A DNA stretch of 37,177 nt from Elusimicrobiota bacterium (lineage in GTDB: Bacteria > Ratteibacteria > UBA8468 > B48-G9 > JAFGKM01): assembly GCA_012515635.1 (NCBI GenBank), contig JAAYXZ010000004.1, positions 1-37,177 on the forward strand, written 5' to 3'. The stretch's first letter is position 1, and every line of letters begins with the position of its first letter. The notes below the pieces were generated by a model that saw nothing but the letters and a program-made list of their open reading frames with translations, was not told the origin of the DNA and ran no database searches. Position numbers and translations under genes: made by a program. Shown piece after piece: positions 8,915 through 16,756 of the stretch.

Positions 8915-11900
8915 TTATGCAAGATTCAGGGATGTTTTGCCCTGTGTTGCATAATCCTGTTTTACATCACCGCTTAAGGTTCTCCAGATAAGAAACTGTT
9001 TTCTTATACCATCAATAAATCTTCTGTTAAGACGTTTCCAGTCCGTAGATTCCCCACTGCTTCTTGCCATCAGCAGATTGATGGTATAAAACTCATGCTC
9101 GCCCATCGGCTCCATTACTACGTTGAAATATTGGCTCACACCCAAATCAAAAGGAGCCAGCCAGACCTCTGTCTTTATCGTATATTTATTCTTATCGGAG
9201 GAGAGTGTTTCGTGAGAAAAAGTAGCGCCTTTTGTATAAAAATTTCCTAAAGAGACATCCCGATAAGAATTAAAGTAGTCCGACAAAAATGTGGTAAGAC
9301 CGATAACTTCGGCTTCTGCCACAGTAAAAGGAAACTCAAACTCCCATTTATCCCCTTCCGGTTCCGGAAGTATCCATTTTCTTGTAACATCAGGCACAGC
9401 CATCTGTGCCGCTTTTTTAGCAGGATAAAGAGTTGAGAGTATCACTGTAATAAATATTATAATGGTAGCAAATACAGCCGACAGAGAGGAATAGTTTAAT
9501 ACCAACCCTTTTAACATATCTGTCATCATAAGCACCCTAACCACTACCTGCCCTAAAAGATAACCCGCAACAGCACCCATCACAGCATATACCATTGACT
9601 CTGCAAGAAAAAGAGATGAAATATGAGAAGGGGCAAGACCGACAGCGCTATATGTTCCTATCTCCCTGATTCTCTCATACACCGCACCAAGCATCGTGTT
9701 CAAAACTATCATAGCAGCGATAAGAATGGGGATTATCAAACTGCTTATCCCTGAAAAAGACGTAAGCCCCATACTGCTGTACACAAATGTTTTATCTTTA
9801 AGCCCGGCAAAGACAATAACAGCAAGTTTAGAGATAAATTTTTCTACAAGACCCTTACCGTCAAGGTCCTCATTAAACCTTACAGCGATGGACTGAAGCG
9901 TCCCTTTCATATTCATAAGCGTCTCGTAAGGAACTATAGCAATATTTTCAGATTCCGCATGGACAAAAGATTCTAATTTTACCTGCGATGAAAAAATCTG
10001 CGCAGACCTTGCCAATCTAACCTTTAACAACTCCCTTTCAGGAAGCACTGAAAAGTCCACAGGAGTTACACGCTCATTATCCAGGTCCCTTACTTCATTA
10101 AGCGCCTTCTCATCAAAAATACCGTTAAAAATAAATTCCTTGCCATATATCATTATCTCCGCTCTCCCTATATCCGCATCAGTCAAGCGAAGTTCTGACG
10201 CTGTCTTCTTTGAAAGCAAAACCGTGCTTTCAAAAGGATATTTAAACCATTCTCCCTTTACCACTGCGTCCTTTACAGGGATAAACTCCTGCGGAGAAAA
10301 CCCAAGAAGCCCTGCCGTGTTCGCAACATTTTTCCCATACCTTATCTCAATAGATGTCCTATTGCCTAACTCCTCAAGAATAAACCATGCCCTCGGAACA
10401 ATAACGCCTTGACCGGAAAACTCGCTATCAACATAATCAAACGCTGTGTCCATAAGGGGAGCCCATGAACGGTCCCTAAGCAAAATACCCTGATATGCCG
10501 GCTTATACGGTTGCATAATTTGATTATATTTCATATACGATTTTATTGAAGTGAACGAAAGCACCGTAAAGGTAAGAAGCACCAGTGTAATGGCTGTAAG
10601 TATTGTTCTTGTAGGTCTTCTCTTCATATTGGCAACTCCAAGAGAAAACGCGGTTGCTGTCGCAGTAACTCTGCCCACATCTGTCTCGTACACCCCTGAA
10701 GACGCTGTTTTTAACTGTTTCATCTGCCCTTCAAATTTTGAGGCAATTATTGACAGCACTATCAAAGAAAGCGCAAGAACTATGAAAGAAAGCAGAATGA
10801 CTTCAGGGGCATTGGTCAGTTTAAAGGCGGGGTGAACCATACGCATTATCCAATATATTACTATAAAGATACCGACGGTTCCCGCTATCCGTTGCTCAAG
10901 CTTTGTAAAACTAAACAAAAGCCGCTCTCCGAAAAAGGCAAATGGCAGAAGCAGGATAAAATAGAATATCAGTCCTTTAACAACATCATTGACCGTGTTT
11001 TTTACATCGGGGTATGCGCGAGATTCTACTGCCTGAGATTGCCTTGAATATTTCAAAAAATCATACCACTCTTTTTTCTCTCTCGCTTCTTCCGCTTTTA
11101 GCAGTAATTGACCGGATTCATTCTGAAGTTCTGCAAGACGTTCATTTTTTATTCCATACTGTTCAAAATTCTCTTTTCTGTATGCATCCAGAATTATCAT
11201 ATCCTTTGCTGCCTGATAGGGTGTATTGTGTATCATCGGCATCTTATCCATTTCAAAACCGACACCCTCGGACTCTGTTTTTCCCCCTTTCTCTGAATTC
11301 AAAAGCAAGAGACGCTTCCCTAACGGACCTGCCTGTCCAAGCACCTTAACCCTGATATGCGGTCTTGCGAACACACATCCCAATGGCTCAGAATATGAAC
11401 TCCACCGATAAGGAATAGAGTCAGGGTATTGTAAATAGTACCCATATTCGCTTGGAACGCTATTGGCCATATCAAGAACCTCTATCTTGTCCAGTTGAAC
11501 AAGATACTGCGGGTCTATCAGCCCTGTAAGCGAGATGGTTTTGGAGTTAAACAACACTATCATCCAGTCCTTCTCCTTGTAGTCCATCACCAAATCAACA
11601 GGATACTGTCCCGCTCCGCCTACTCCAAGGTCGGGAGAGAGAACAATTTCACCGCTTTCCCCATCTACACCAAAAGCGGACATTGTTATAACATCTGATA
11701 AAGTGAACGAAGAAAACACTGCCTTTCCGCTCTCGTCAGTCATTCCCACAACAGTATTTCTTACGCCCATTGATGTCTTGTCAAATATCACTACTCTGGG
11801 ATGAATTCTCGGCACAACCAACGCGTTAACTACCGGTTCGCTCGGAATGAAACTCTTAGTAGGGTCAAATGTCACTATCTTGGTTTTAAGGGAATAAAGG

Positions 11901-13303
11901 TTATCCCTTATCTGTCCAAGCTCAATATCAGGGATTAAACCCGGGTCATTGACAGCGTTTTTAAAAATCTCTTTAATAAACCTTGATTGCCTCTCTATAT
12001 TATTAACATTTAGATTCACATAAGTGTCCGCAGGCGTATCCACGCGCCATCTTCCATCGTTAACCGTAACAAAAGAGAGCGCTGCGTTACCTGAAAGAAC
12101 AACCAGTTCTCCATCAGTTCGGATTTTTTCAGGGAAGAATGTTTGCCATATAATTCCTCTTTCAGGGCTTATTCCGTTCACCAGAGATGTCTCAGGATTG
12201 TATCCTAACTTTCTGCTTACCTGCTCTTTGTATTCCATAAACTTTCTGCCATAAGGGGCAAACACCCTCTGAGCATAAAAGTCATAAGAATTATGCCAGA
12301 TTCCCAAACTCTCTGACCCATCAGACAGGTCTAACCCTATAAAAAGTTTGGCATTAACAATATCCTTTTGGGGAATCCTTTTTTTGAAAAGCGGTTCCTG
12401 CCTTAAGTGTCTCTGTATAAAATCATTTATACCCGACATCTTTTGAAAATGCGCAGAGGTAGCAAGAAACATAACCGTCCTTGCAGGAGGGTTCTCTTTC
12501 AAGTGGTCTAAGACATCCAGAAGCACTGATATGCCTGCGGCAGACGACGCACTGCTTGCAATGGCAGGGACAACCCCTATGCCATCATAATATGCCTGTA
12601 ATATAATTATTTCTTCTTTCAGTTCGTTGTTTCTGCCCTCAATATAGCCAAAGATATTATAATCAGGGACGCTCTCCCAGTCCATTCTCCCGAACAGTTG
12701 AACATCTTTCTCATGATAAGCCAGATTAATAATTGTCTGGCTGTTTTTATGAGCATAAAACCGCGGGATATCAACAGGAATATCTACGAATTTCTGTTCC
12801 GCCTGAATACGGGTCAACGCCCCTGTCTCCGTAAAGATAAACGCCTTTACGCCTAACATGGAGAGTGTCTGCCATTTTGTTCCTGAATCAAAATCAAGGA
12901 CAAGGATGCTTCCCTCAATATCCTTACCGGTTAAATTTCTGAGGTCCCCATTCCCTCCATATATCAGTTTCCCTGTAATCCCTTCCGACGGCACTGTTGA
13001 TGTTCTTGCAAGGTTCGGCCAGAGACAATGGATATCTATTTTTGCGTTTTCGGCAACGATATAAGCGTATTTTTCTACAGGAACAACCGATTTGAACTCT
13101 TCTACATGGATGTTTTTAAGACCTGCTGCTCTGAACTTTGATTCTATAAAGTCCGCTGATTGCTTATGTCCTTCTGTTCCGGGCATACGGGAAGAGACAG
13201 AGGAAAAAAACTTGATATACTCGTTGACTCCTTCAGAGTATAGAAAAGATTGAAAAAAGAAGATGATGAAGATAGCAGGCAGATAAAAAAACCGTTTATT
13301 CAT
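8915..13303 (-). CDS. 1462-aa fusion: signal anchor, PA + M28-like (probably non-catalytic) ectodomain, about 350 aa of beta-rich and helical ectodomain, 3 TM, then a MacB/FtsX-type permease unit (TM, periplasmic domain, FtsX 3 TM) and a C-terminal domain of about 170 aa of unknown function
   Basis: N-terminus MNKRFFYLPAIFIIFFFQSFLYS. MPGTEGHKQSADFIESKFRAAGL is an M28-type N-terminal helix. KDIEGSILVLDFDSGTKWQTLSMLGVKAFIF is PA-domain-like. NIFGYIEGR...IIILQAYYDGIGVVPAIASSASSAAGISVLLDV...VMFLATSAHF occupies the M28 core positions. KRRPTRTILTAITLVLLTFTVLSF is a typical FtsX-family TM1. YERIREIGTYSAVGLAPSHISSLFLAESMVYAVMGAVAGYLLG is the FtsX-domain signature. AGGGAG SD. The start overlaps the stop of the TPR gene. 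Confidence 0.7.
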   Translation of the reverse strand: MNKRFFYLPAIFIIFFFQSFLYSEGVNEYIKFFSSVSSRMPGTEGHKQSADFIESKFRAAGLKNIHVEEFKSVVPVEKYAYIVAENAKIDIHCLWPNLARTSTVPSEGITGKLIYGGNGDLRNLTGKDIEGSILVLDFDSGTKWQTLSMLGVKAFIFTETGALTRIQAEQKFVDIPVDIPRFYAHKNSQTIINLAYHEKDVQLFGRMDWESVPDYNIFGYIEGRNNELKEEIIILQAYYDGIGVVPAIASSASSAAGISVLLDVLDHLKENPPARTVMFLATSAHFQKMSGINDFIQRHLRQEPLFKKRIPQKDIVNAKLFIGLDLSDGSESLGIWHNSYDFYAQRVFAPYGRKFMEYKEQVSRKLGYNPETSLVNGISPERGIIWQTFFPEKIRTDGELVVLSGNAALSFVTVNDGRWRVDTPADTYVNLNVNNIERQSRFIKEIFKNAVNDPGLIPDIELGQIRDNLYSLKTKIVTFDPTKSFIPSEPVVNALVVPRIHPRVVIFDKTSMGVRNTVVGMTDESGKAVFSSFTLSDVITMSAFGVDGESGEIVLSPDLGVGGAGQYPVDLVMDYKEKDWMIVLFNSKTISLTGLIDPQYLVQLDKIEVLDMANSVPSEYGYYLQYPDSIPYRWSSYSEPLGCVFARPHIRVKVLGQAGPLGKRLLLLNSEKGGKTESEGVGFEMDKMPMIHNTPYQAAKDMIILDAYRKENFEQYGIKNERLAELQNESGQLLLKAEEAREKKEWYDFLKYSRQSQAVESRAYPDVKNTVNDVVKGLIFYFILLLPFAFFGERLLFSFTKLEQRIAGTVGIFIVIYWIMRMVHPAFKLTNAPEVILLSFIVLALSLIVLSIIASKFEGQMKQLKTASSGVYETDVGRVTATATAFSLGVANMKRRPTRTILTAITLVLLTFTVLSFTSIKSYMKYNQIMQPYKPAYQGILLRDRSWAPLMDTAFDYVDSEFSGQGVIVPRAWFILEELGNRTSIEIRYGKNVANTAGLLGFSPQEFIPVKDAVVKGEWFKYPFESTVLLSKKTASELRLTDADIGRAEIMIYGKEFIFNGIFDEKALNEVRDLDNERVTPVDFSVLPERELLKVRLARSAQIFSSQVKLESFVHAESENIAIVPYETLMNMKGTLQSIAVRFNEDLDGKGLVEKFISKLAVIVFAGLKDKTFVYSSMGLTSFSGISSLIIPILIAAMIVLNTMLGAVYERIREIGTYSAVGLAPSHISSLFLAESMVYAVMGAVAGYLLGQVVVRVLMMTDMLKGLVLNYSSLSAVFATIIIFITVILSTLYPAKKAAQMAVPDVTRKWILPEPEGDKWEFEFPFTVAEAEVIGLTTFLSDYFNSYRDVSLGNFYTKGATFSHETLSSDKNKYTIKTEVWLAPFDLGVSQYFNVVMEPMGEHEFYTINLLMARSSGESTDWKRLNRRFIDGIRKQFLIWRTLSGDVKQDYATQGKTSLNLA

Positions 13304-13814
13304 CTCTTAACTCCCTTAATTTTGTCCACGCCCTTCTTGAACCGGGGTTTACATTCACCTCGCTTACATACTCTCTTTTTGCAGCCAATATATTCCCTTC
13401 CGCTTCATACATCAACCCTTTCAGATAATGGGCATCACGATAGTATTCATTCATCTTTAAGACCCTATCCGCCAACTCCCTTGCTGTAAAAAAATCATCC
13501 TTATAAAAACTTATAAGAGCAAAGTCAAAAGAGAGATTAACATTGTTTGGAAAATAAATCAACCCTGTTTTAACCCATTTTTCTGCCTCATCAAGTTGAT
13601 TTTTTATTATATATGACATTACTATTTTTTCATACGGTTCCGCCGTTTGCCCATACTTTAAGGCCTTTGTCCATACCTCTATTGACTTATCTATTTCACC
13701 TGTGGAGAAATATGTATCGCCCTCTTTTATAAGATTTCGCGCTAAAGAAACATTAGGATTCACAGAACACCCCGACGCAAGAAACACTATTAGAACCAGA
13801 GACAATAATCTCAT
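13296..13814 (-). CDS. TPR-repeat lipoprotein
   Basis: MRLLSLVLIVFLASGC has a lipobox (LASG|C). TPR-like helices follow (IEVWTKALKYGQTAEPYEKI..., YRDAHYLKGLMYEAEGN). I start it at ATG 13814. The longer track ORF adds 52 non-protein-like residues ahead of a perfect signal peptide. Confidence 0.75.
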   Translation of the reverse strand: MRLLSLVLIVFLASGCSVNPNVSLARNLIKEGDTYFSTGEIDKSIEVWTKALKYGQTAEPYEKIVMSYIIKNQLDEAEKWVKTGLIYFPNNVNLSFDFALISFYKDDFFTARELADRVLKMNEYYRDAHYLKGLMYEAEGNILAAKREYVSEVNVNPGSRRAWTKLRELRDE

Positions 13815-13990
13815 TTTGAGATACCCCGTATTCTTTTCCAACGTCTTATAAATATCCATATAAGCAAAACAATGGAGATAGCCATAAGAATTTTGGATAA
13901 GGTTGTTTCTTTGTGTAAAACAGCAGGCCAGAGAGTAAAGATAGAAAGAATTATTGCTAAATCCTCCCAAAAAGGTGTTTTTTTATTCAT
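13811..13990 (-). CDS. 59-aa two-TM microprotein (hypothetical), first gene of the operon
   Basis: MNKKTPFWEDLAIILSIFTLWPAVLHKETTLSKILMAISIVLLIWIFIRRWKRIRGISK has two clear hydrophobic helices and a basic tail. Its TGA stop overlaps the ATG of the TPR lipoprotein gene (ATGA). TATAAT (14004..13999) lies 8 nt upstream of the ATG, and there is no SD. Confidence 0.5.
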   Translation of the reverse strand: MNKKTPFWEDLAIILSIFTLWPAVLHKETTLSKILMAISIVLLIWIFIRRWKRIRGISK

Positions 13991-14122
13991 AATCAAAGAT
14001 TATAATTACGGAAAACTAATTTAGCGGTTTCACTTGTCCGCCACAACCATAGTCATTCATCCGCACCGCCAAAACATGCGCAGAATCCGCTTTATCCGAA
14101 CCTCCTCCTCAAAAAATTGTAA

Positions 14123-14204
14123 TGCCGGGAGGGGGATTTGAACCCCCACGGCTTACGCCATACGCCCCTCAAACGTACGTGTCTGCCAATTCCACCATCC
14201 CGGC
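14123..14204 (-). tRNA. tRNA-Leu (anticodon GAG), no encoded CCA
   Basis: Folded by hand. Acceptor GCCGGGA/TCCCGGC. Anticodon stem TACGT/GCGTA with loop TTGAGGG. Long variable arm TGGCGTAAGCCGT. T-arm GGGGG-TTCAAAT-CCCCC. Discriminator A. A T-run follows the 3' end. Confidence 0.85.
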
Positions 14205-14212
14205 TAAATCTT

Positions 14213-15091
14213 TCATTGAACACTTACTATTATATTACCTTTTCTCTTCAAGTAAAGTTCTGCGCACATCCTCGCCAGTTTTCTCACCCTGCCTATAAAC
14301 CTCACTCTCTCGCTTACGCTTATCGCCTTTCTTGCATCAAGGAGATTGAATAAATGCGAGAGTTTAAGCACATAATCATAGGCAGGATACAGAACTTCTT
14401 CCTTTAACAGTTTATCTGCCTCTCTCTCAAACCTATCAAAGACCTCAAACAACAAAGAGACATCCGCCTTATCAAAACAATAAACAGAGTAGTCCCGTTC
14501 CCTCTCTCTCTGTATATCCCCGTATAAGACATCTCTGTTCCAATTCAGTTCATACACACTTCCCTTCTTCTGAATAAAATTCACGATACGGTCCAGCCCG
14601 TATGTTATCTCTACAGAAGGGGGAGAAAGATCAACACCTCCCGCCTGTTGCATATATGTAAACTGCGTAATTTCAAGTCCGTCAAGCCAAACCTCCCAGC
14701 CGACCCCCCATGCGCCCAGTGTTGGCGCCTCCCAGTTATCTTCCACAAACCTTATATCATGTTGCGTAGTGTCTATCCCTATAGATTTCAAACTATCAAG
14801 ATATATATCCTGAACATTAGCAGGCGGCGGTTTCATTATTACCTGTATCTGGTGATGAAGATAAAGACGGACAGGGTTATCCCCATACCTCCCGTCAGCA
14901 GGTCTTGCCGACGGTTCAAAATATACAACATTCCACTCTTTGTCTCCAAGAATACCGAAAAAAGTAGCAGGGTTTAATGTCCCTGCTCCAACCTCTACAT
15001 TATAAGGATGCCAAAGCAGGCATCCCTTTTTAATCCAGTAATTCTCCAGTCCTCTCCATACATCCTGAAAATTCATTATCTTGTTTTTCAT
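14213..15091 (-). CDS. glyQ: glycine--tRNA ligase alpha subunit
   Basis: [40 protein letters not shown]... and [40 protein letters not shown] are near-identical in pattern to bacterial GlyQ. The start is ATG 15091 or ATG 15076. Confidence 0.93.
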   Translation of the reverse strand: MKNKIMNFQDVWRGLENYWIKKGCLLWHPYNVEVGAGTLNPATFFGILGDKEWNVVYFEPSARPADGRYGDNPVRLYLHHQIQVIMKPPPANVQDIYLDSLKSIGIDTTQHDIRFVEDNWEAPTLGAWGVGWEVWLDGLEITQFTYMQQAGGVDLSPPSVEITYGLDRIVNFIQKKGSVYELNWNRDVLYGDIQRERERDYSVYCFDKADVSLLFEVFDRFEREADKLLKEEVLYPAYDYVLKLSHLFNLLDARKAISVSERVRFIGRVRKLARMCAELYLKRKGNIIVSVQ

Positions 15092-15097
15092 ACTAAA

Positions 15098-15126
15098 ATT
15101 ATAAGATATTCTCTCTTGTCCCGCAA
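15098..15126 (-). promoter_or_regulatory. putative sigma70-type promoter of glyQ (TTGCGG-17-TATAAT), with the -10 only 6 nt from the ATG
   Basis: Minus strand reads TTGCGG gacaagagagaatatct TATAAT tttagt ATG. There is no SD between the -10 and the start. Confidence 0.4.
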
Positions 15127-15204
15127 CACCTTCTATACAATAAAGAAAGGAGATTGTTTTTTGCGTAAACTTTCAAAAACTATCCTTTGCCATCTTAGAA
15201 AAAG

Positions 15205-15233
15205 TTGACAGAGAAAAAAAACAAGGGTATAAT
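15205..15233 (+). promoter_or_regulatory. consensus sigma70 promoter of rpmA (TTGACA-17-TATAAT), with the -10 only 9 nt from the ATG
   Basis: TTGACA at 15205..15210, a 17-nt spacer, TATAAT at 15228..15233, then tcttttatt and ATG at 15243. No SD. Confidence 0.6.
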
Positions 15234-15242
15234 TCTTTTATT

Positions 15243-15488
15243 ATGGGTAGAAAAAAACAAGGAAACGGAAGGGATTCAAATCCCAGGTATGCGGGAACCA
15301 AAGTATATGGCGGACAGGTTGTGCGGGCAGGAAATATCATCATTCGCCAATCAGGTTCAAAGATAATGCCAGGGAAGGGCGCCTCTATGGGGCGTGATTT
15401 TACCATCTTTAGTTTAACCGACGGGATGGTAGAGTTCTCGAAAAGAAAAGGGAAAAAAATTGTTACGGTTATTCCTATTTCTCAATGA
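15243..15488 (+). CDS. rpmA: 50S ribosomal protein L27
   Basis: [44 protein letters not shown] matches the L27 pattern (KK..G..NGRDS...LG.K.fGGq.V.aG.IivRQrG.k). No in-frame start lies upstream. Confidence 0.9.
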   Translation: MGRKKQGNGRDSNPRYAGTKVYGGQVVRAGNIIIRQSGSKIMPGKGASMGRDFTIFSLTDGMVEFSKRKGKKIVTVIPISQ

Positions 15489-15817
15489 TACATCTCTCCA
15501 TTGAAACAAAAAAACTCAAAGATATTGGAAAGATTCAAAAAGAGATAAACGATTTTTTTACTAAGCGGGAACAGACAGAAAACCAAATCACCCTTGCAGG
15601 CAAACTTGCCGCAAAAGATGCTTTCTTAAAAGGTATCGGAATAGAGCAACCGACCGATTTCTACAAAAAAGTAGAGATTGACAAAATGCCTTCCGGCAGG
15701 CCTTTCATACGGATTCTTGACTCTAATCTTTCCCAACAACTTTCAGAATATAAAATATCAATATCTATCTCTCATACAAAAGAAGAGGCGGCGGCTATCT
15801 GCATTCGCTATAAATAA
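15485..15817 (+). CDS. acpS: holo-[acyl-carrier-protein] synthase-like (divergent AcpS)
   Basis: [29 protein letters not shown] and [15 protein letters not shown] align by eye to the AcpS motifs (FAAKEAxxKAxG, IEIxxxxxGKP, ISISHxxxxA). The N-terminal GIDIxE motif is replaced by [12 protein letters not shown] overlap with the rpmA stop. Confidence 0.62.
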   Translation: MIHLSIETKKLKDIGKIQKEINDFFTKREQTENQITLAGKLAAKDAFLKGIGIEQPTDFYKKVEIDKMPSGRPFIRILDSNLSQQLSEYKISISISHTKEEAAAICIRYK

Positions 15818-15844
15818 TAAAAATATTGACCGATTACAGCATTT

Positions 15845-16690
15845 ATGAAAACAGGCAAAAGAAGAAAGGACTCGCATAAAGGGGACTACGGACACCTGTT
15901 AATTCTCGGCGGTAGTCCGGGATTAACAGGGGCAGTTTGTCTTGCGGGAGAAGCGTCCTTAAGAAGCGGTTGCGGACTTGTAACAATAGGCGTTCCTGAA
16001 GGACTCAACGATATTATAGAGATAAAACTTACTGAGGTAATGAGTTTGCCTCTTCCGCAGACAGAACAAAGAACGTTCTCTGATAAAGCCATAAAACCTG
16101 TCGCAGGATTTATCACAAATAATACCGATGCAGTGCTTATAGGTCCAGGCATATCAACAGAGAGAAGGGAGACCCGTAAGTTCGTGGAAGAGATTGTGCG
16201 GAACACGAAAAAACCGCTTGTTATAGATGCGGATGCTATAAATATAATCTCTTTAAACCCCGCCGTCCTCAAAAAAAACACAAACCGTAATATTATACTT
16301 ACCCCGCATCCGGGAGAGATGTCCCATCTTACAGGATTAACAATAAACGAGATACAGCGTAAAAGAGAAAAAACCGCAGAAGAATTTGCCAAAGAAAACA
16401 ATGTAATCGTTGTGTTAAAAGGGCACCGAACGGTAGTAACTGACGGAAAGACCACATACATCAACCTTACAGGGAACCCCGGTATGGCAACAGCAGGCAG
16501 CGGAGATGTTCTCGCAGGAATTATCGGAGGTTTGCTTGCCCAAGGAGACACCCCCTTTGAATCGGCAAGAGATGGTGTGTTTCTGCACGGACTTGCAGGC
16601 GACCTTGCAGCAAAAGAGACAGGGGAAAGATATCTCATCGCCTCGGACATTATTAGCCACCTTCCGTCTGCGTTTGGATATAGTGAATAA
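15845..16690 (+). CDS. nnrD: ADP-dependent NAD(P)H-hydrate dehydratase (YjeF C-terminal type, no epimerase domain)
   Basis: HKGDYGHLLILGGSPGLTGAVCLAGEASLRSGCGLVT and GNPGMATAGSGDVLAGIIGGLLAQG are carbohydrate-kinase/YjeF_C signatures. Confidence 0.87.
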   Translation: MKTGKRRKDSHKGDYGHLLILGGSPGLTGAVCLAGEASLRSGCGLVTIGVPEGLNDIIEIKLTEVMSLPLPQTEQRTFSDKAIKPVAGFITNNTDAVLIGPGISTERRETRKFVEEIVRNTKKPLVIDADAINIISLNPAVLKKNTNRNIILTPHPGEMSHLTGLTINEIQRKREKTAEEFAKENNVIVVLKGHRTVVTDGKTTYINLTGNPGMATAGSGDVLAGIIGGLLAQGDTPFESARDGVFLHGLAGDLAAKETGERYLIASDIISHLPSAFGYSE

Positions 16691-16702
16691 TAAGCAATTA
16701 CA

Positions 16703-16731
16703 TTGACAGTAAACTTTTATAACGGTATAAT
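16703..16731 (+). promoter_or_regulatory. consensus sigma70 promoter upstream of pal (TTGACA-17-TATAAT)
   Basis: TTGACA at 16703..16708 and TATAAT at 16726..16731. AGGAGG at 16747..16752. ATG at 16757. Confidence 0.6.
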
Positions 16732-16756
16732 TTTGGAAAAGATAACAGGAGGCAAT

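Noticed and set aside
14123-14204. tRNA-Leu as an integration site making the downstream four-gene operon a genomic island.
   Set aside because: No integrase or recombinase is present. I could not find a direct repeat of the tRNA 3' end near the far end of the operon (about 6840..6866), where only a vague opposite-orientation resemblance exists. No obvious compositional break is visible by eye.
15886-16650. Long antisense ORFs: 254 aa opposite nnrD; also 20659..21438 and 21550..22272 opposite clpB, 26408..27118 opposite gyrA, and 29025..29573 opposite gyrB.
   Set aside because: All lie exactly opposite confidently identified conserved genes. All are low-complexity (S/P/F/I-rich), lack SDs or promoters and have no recognisable motifs. 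These are typical shadow ORFs produced by the codon bias of the sense gene.
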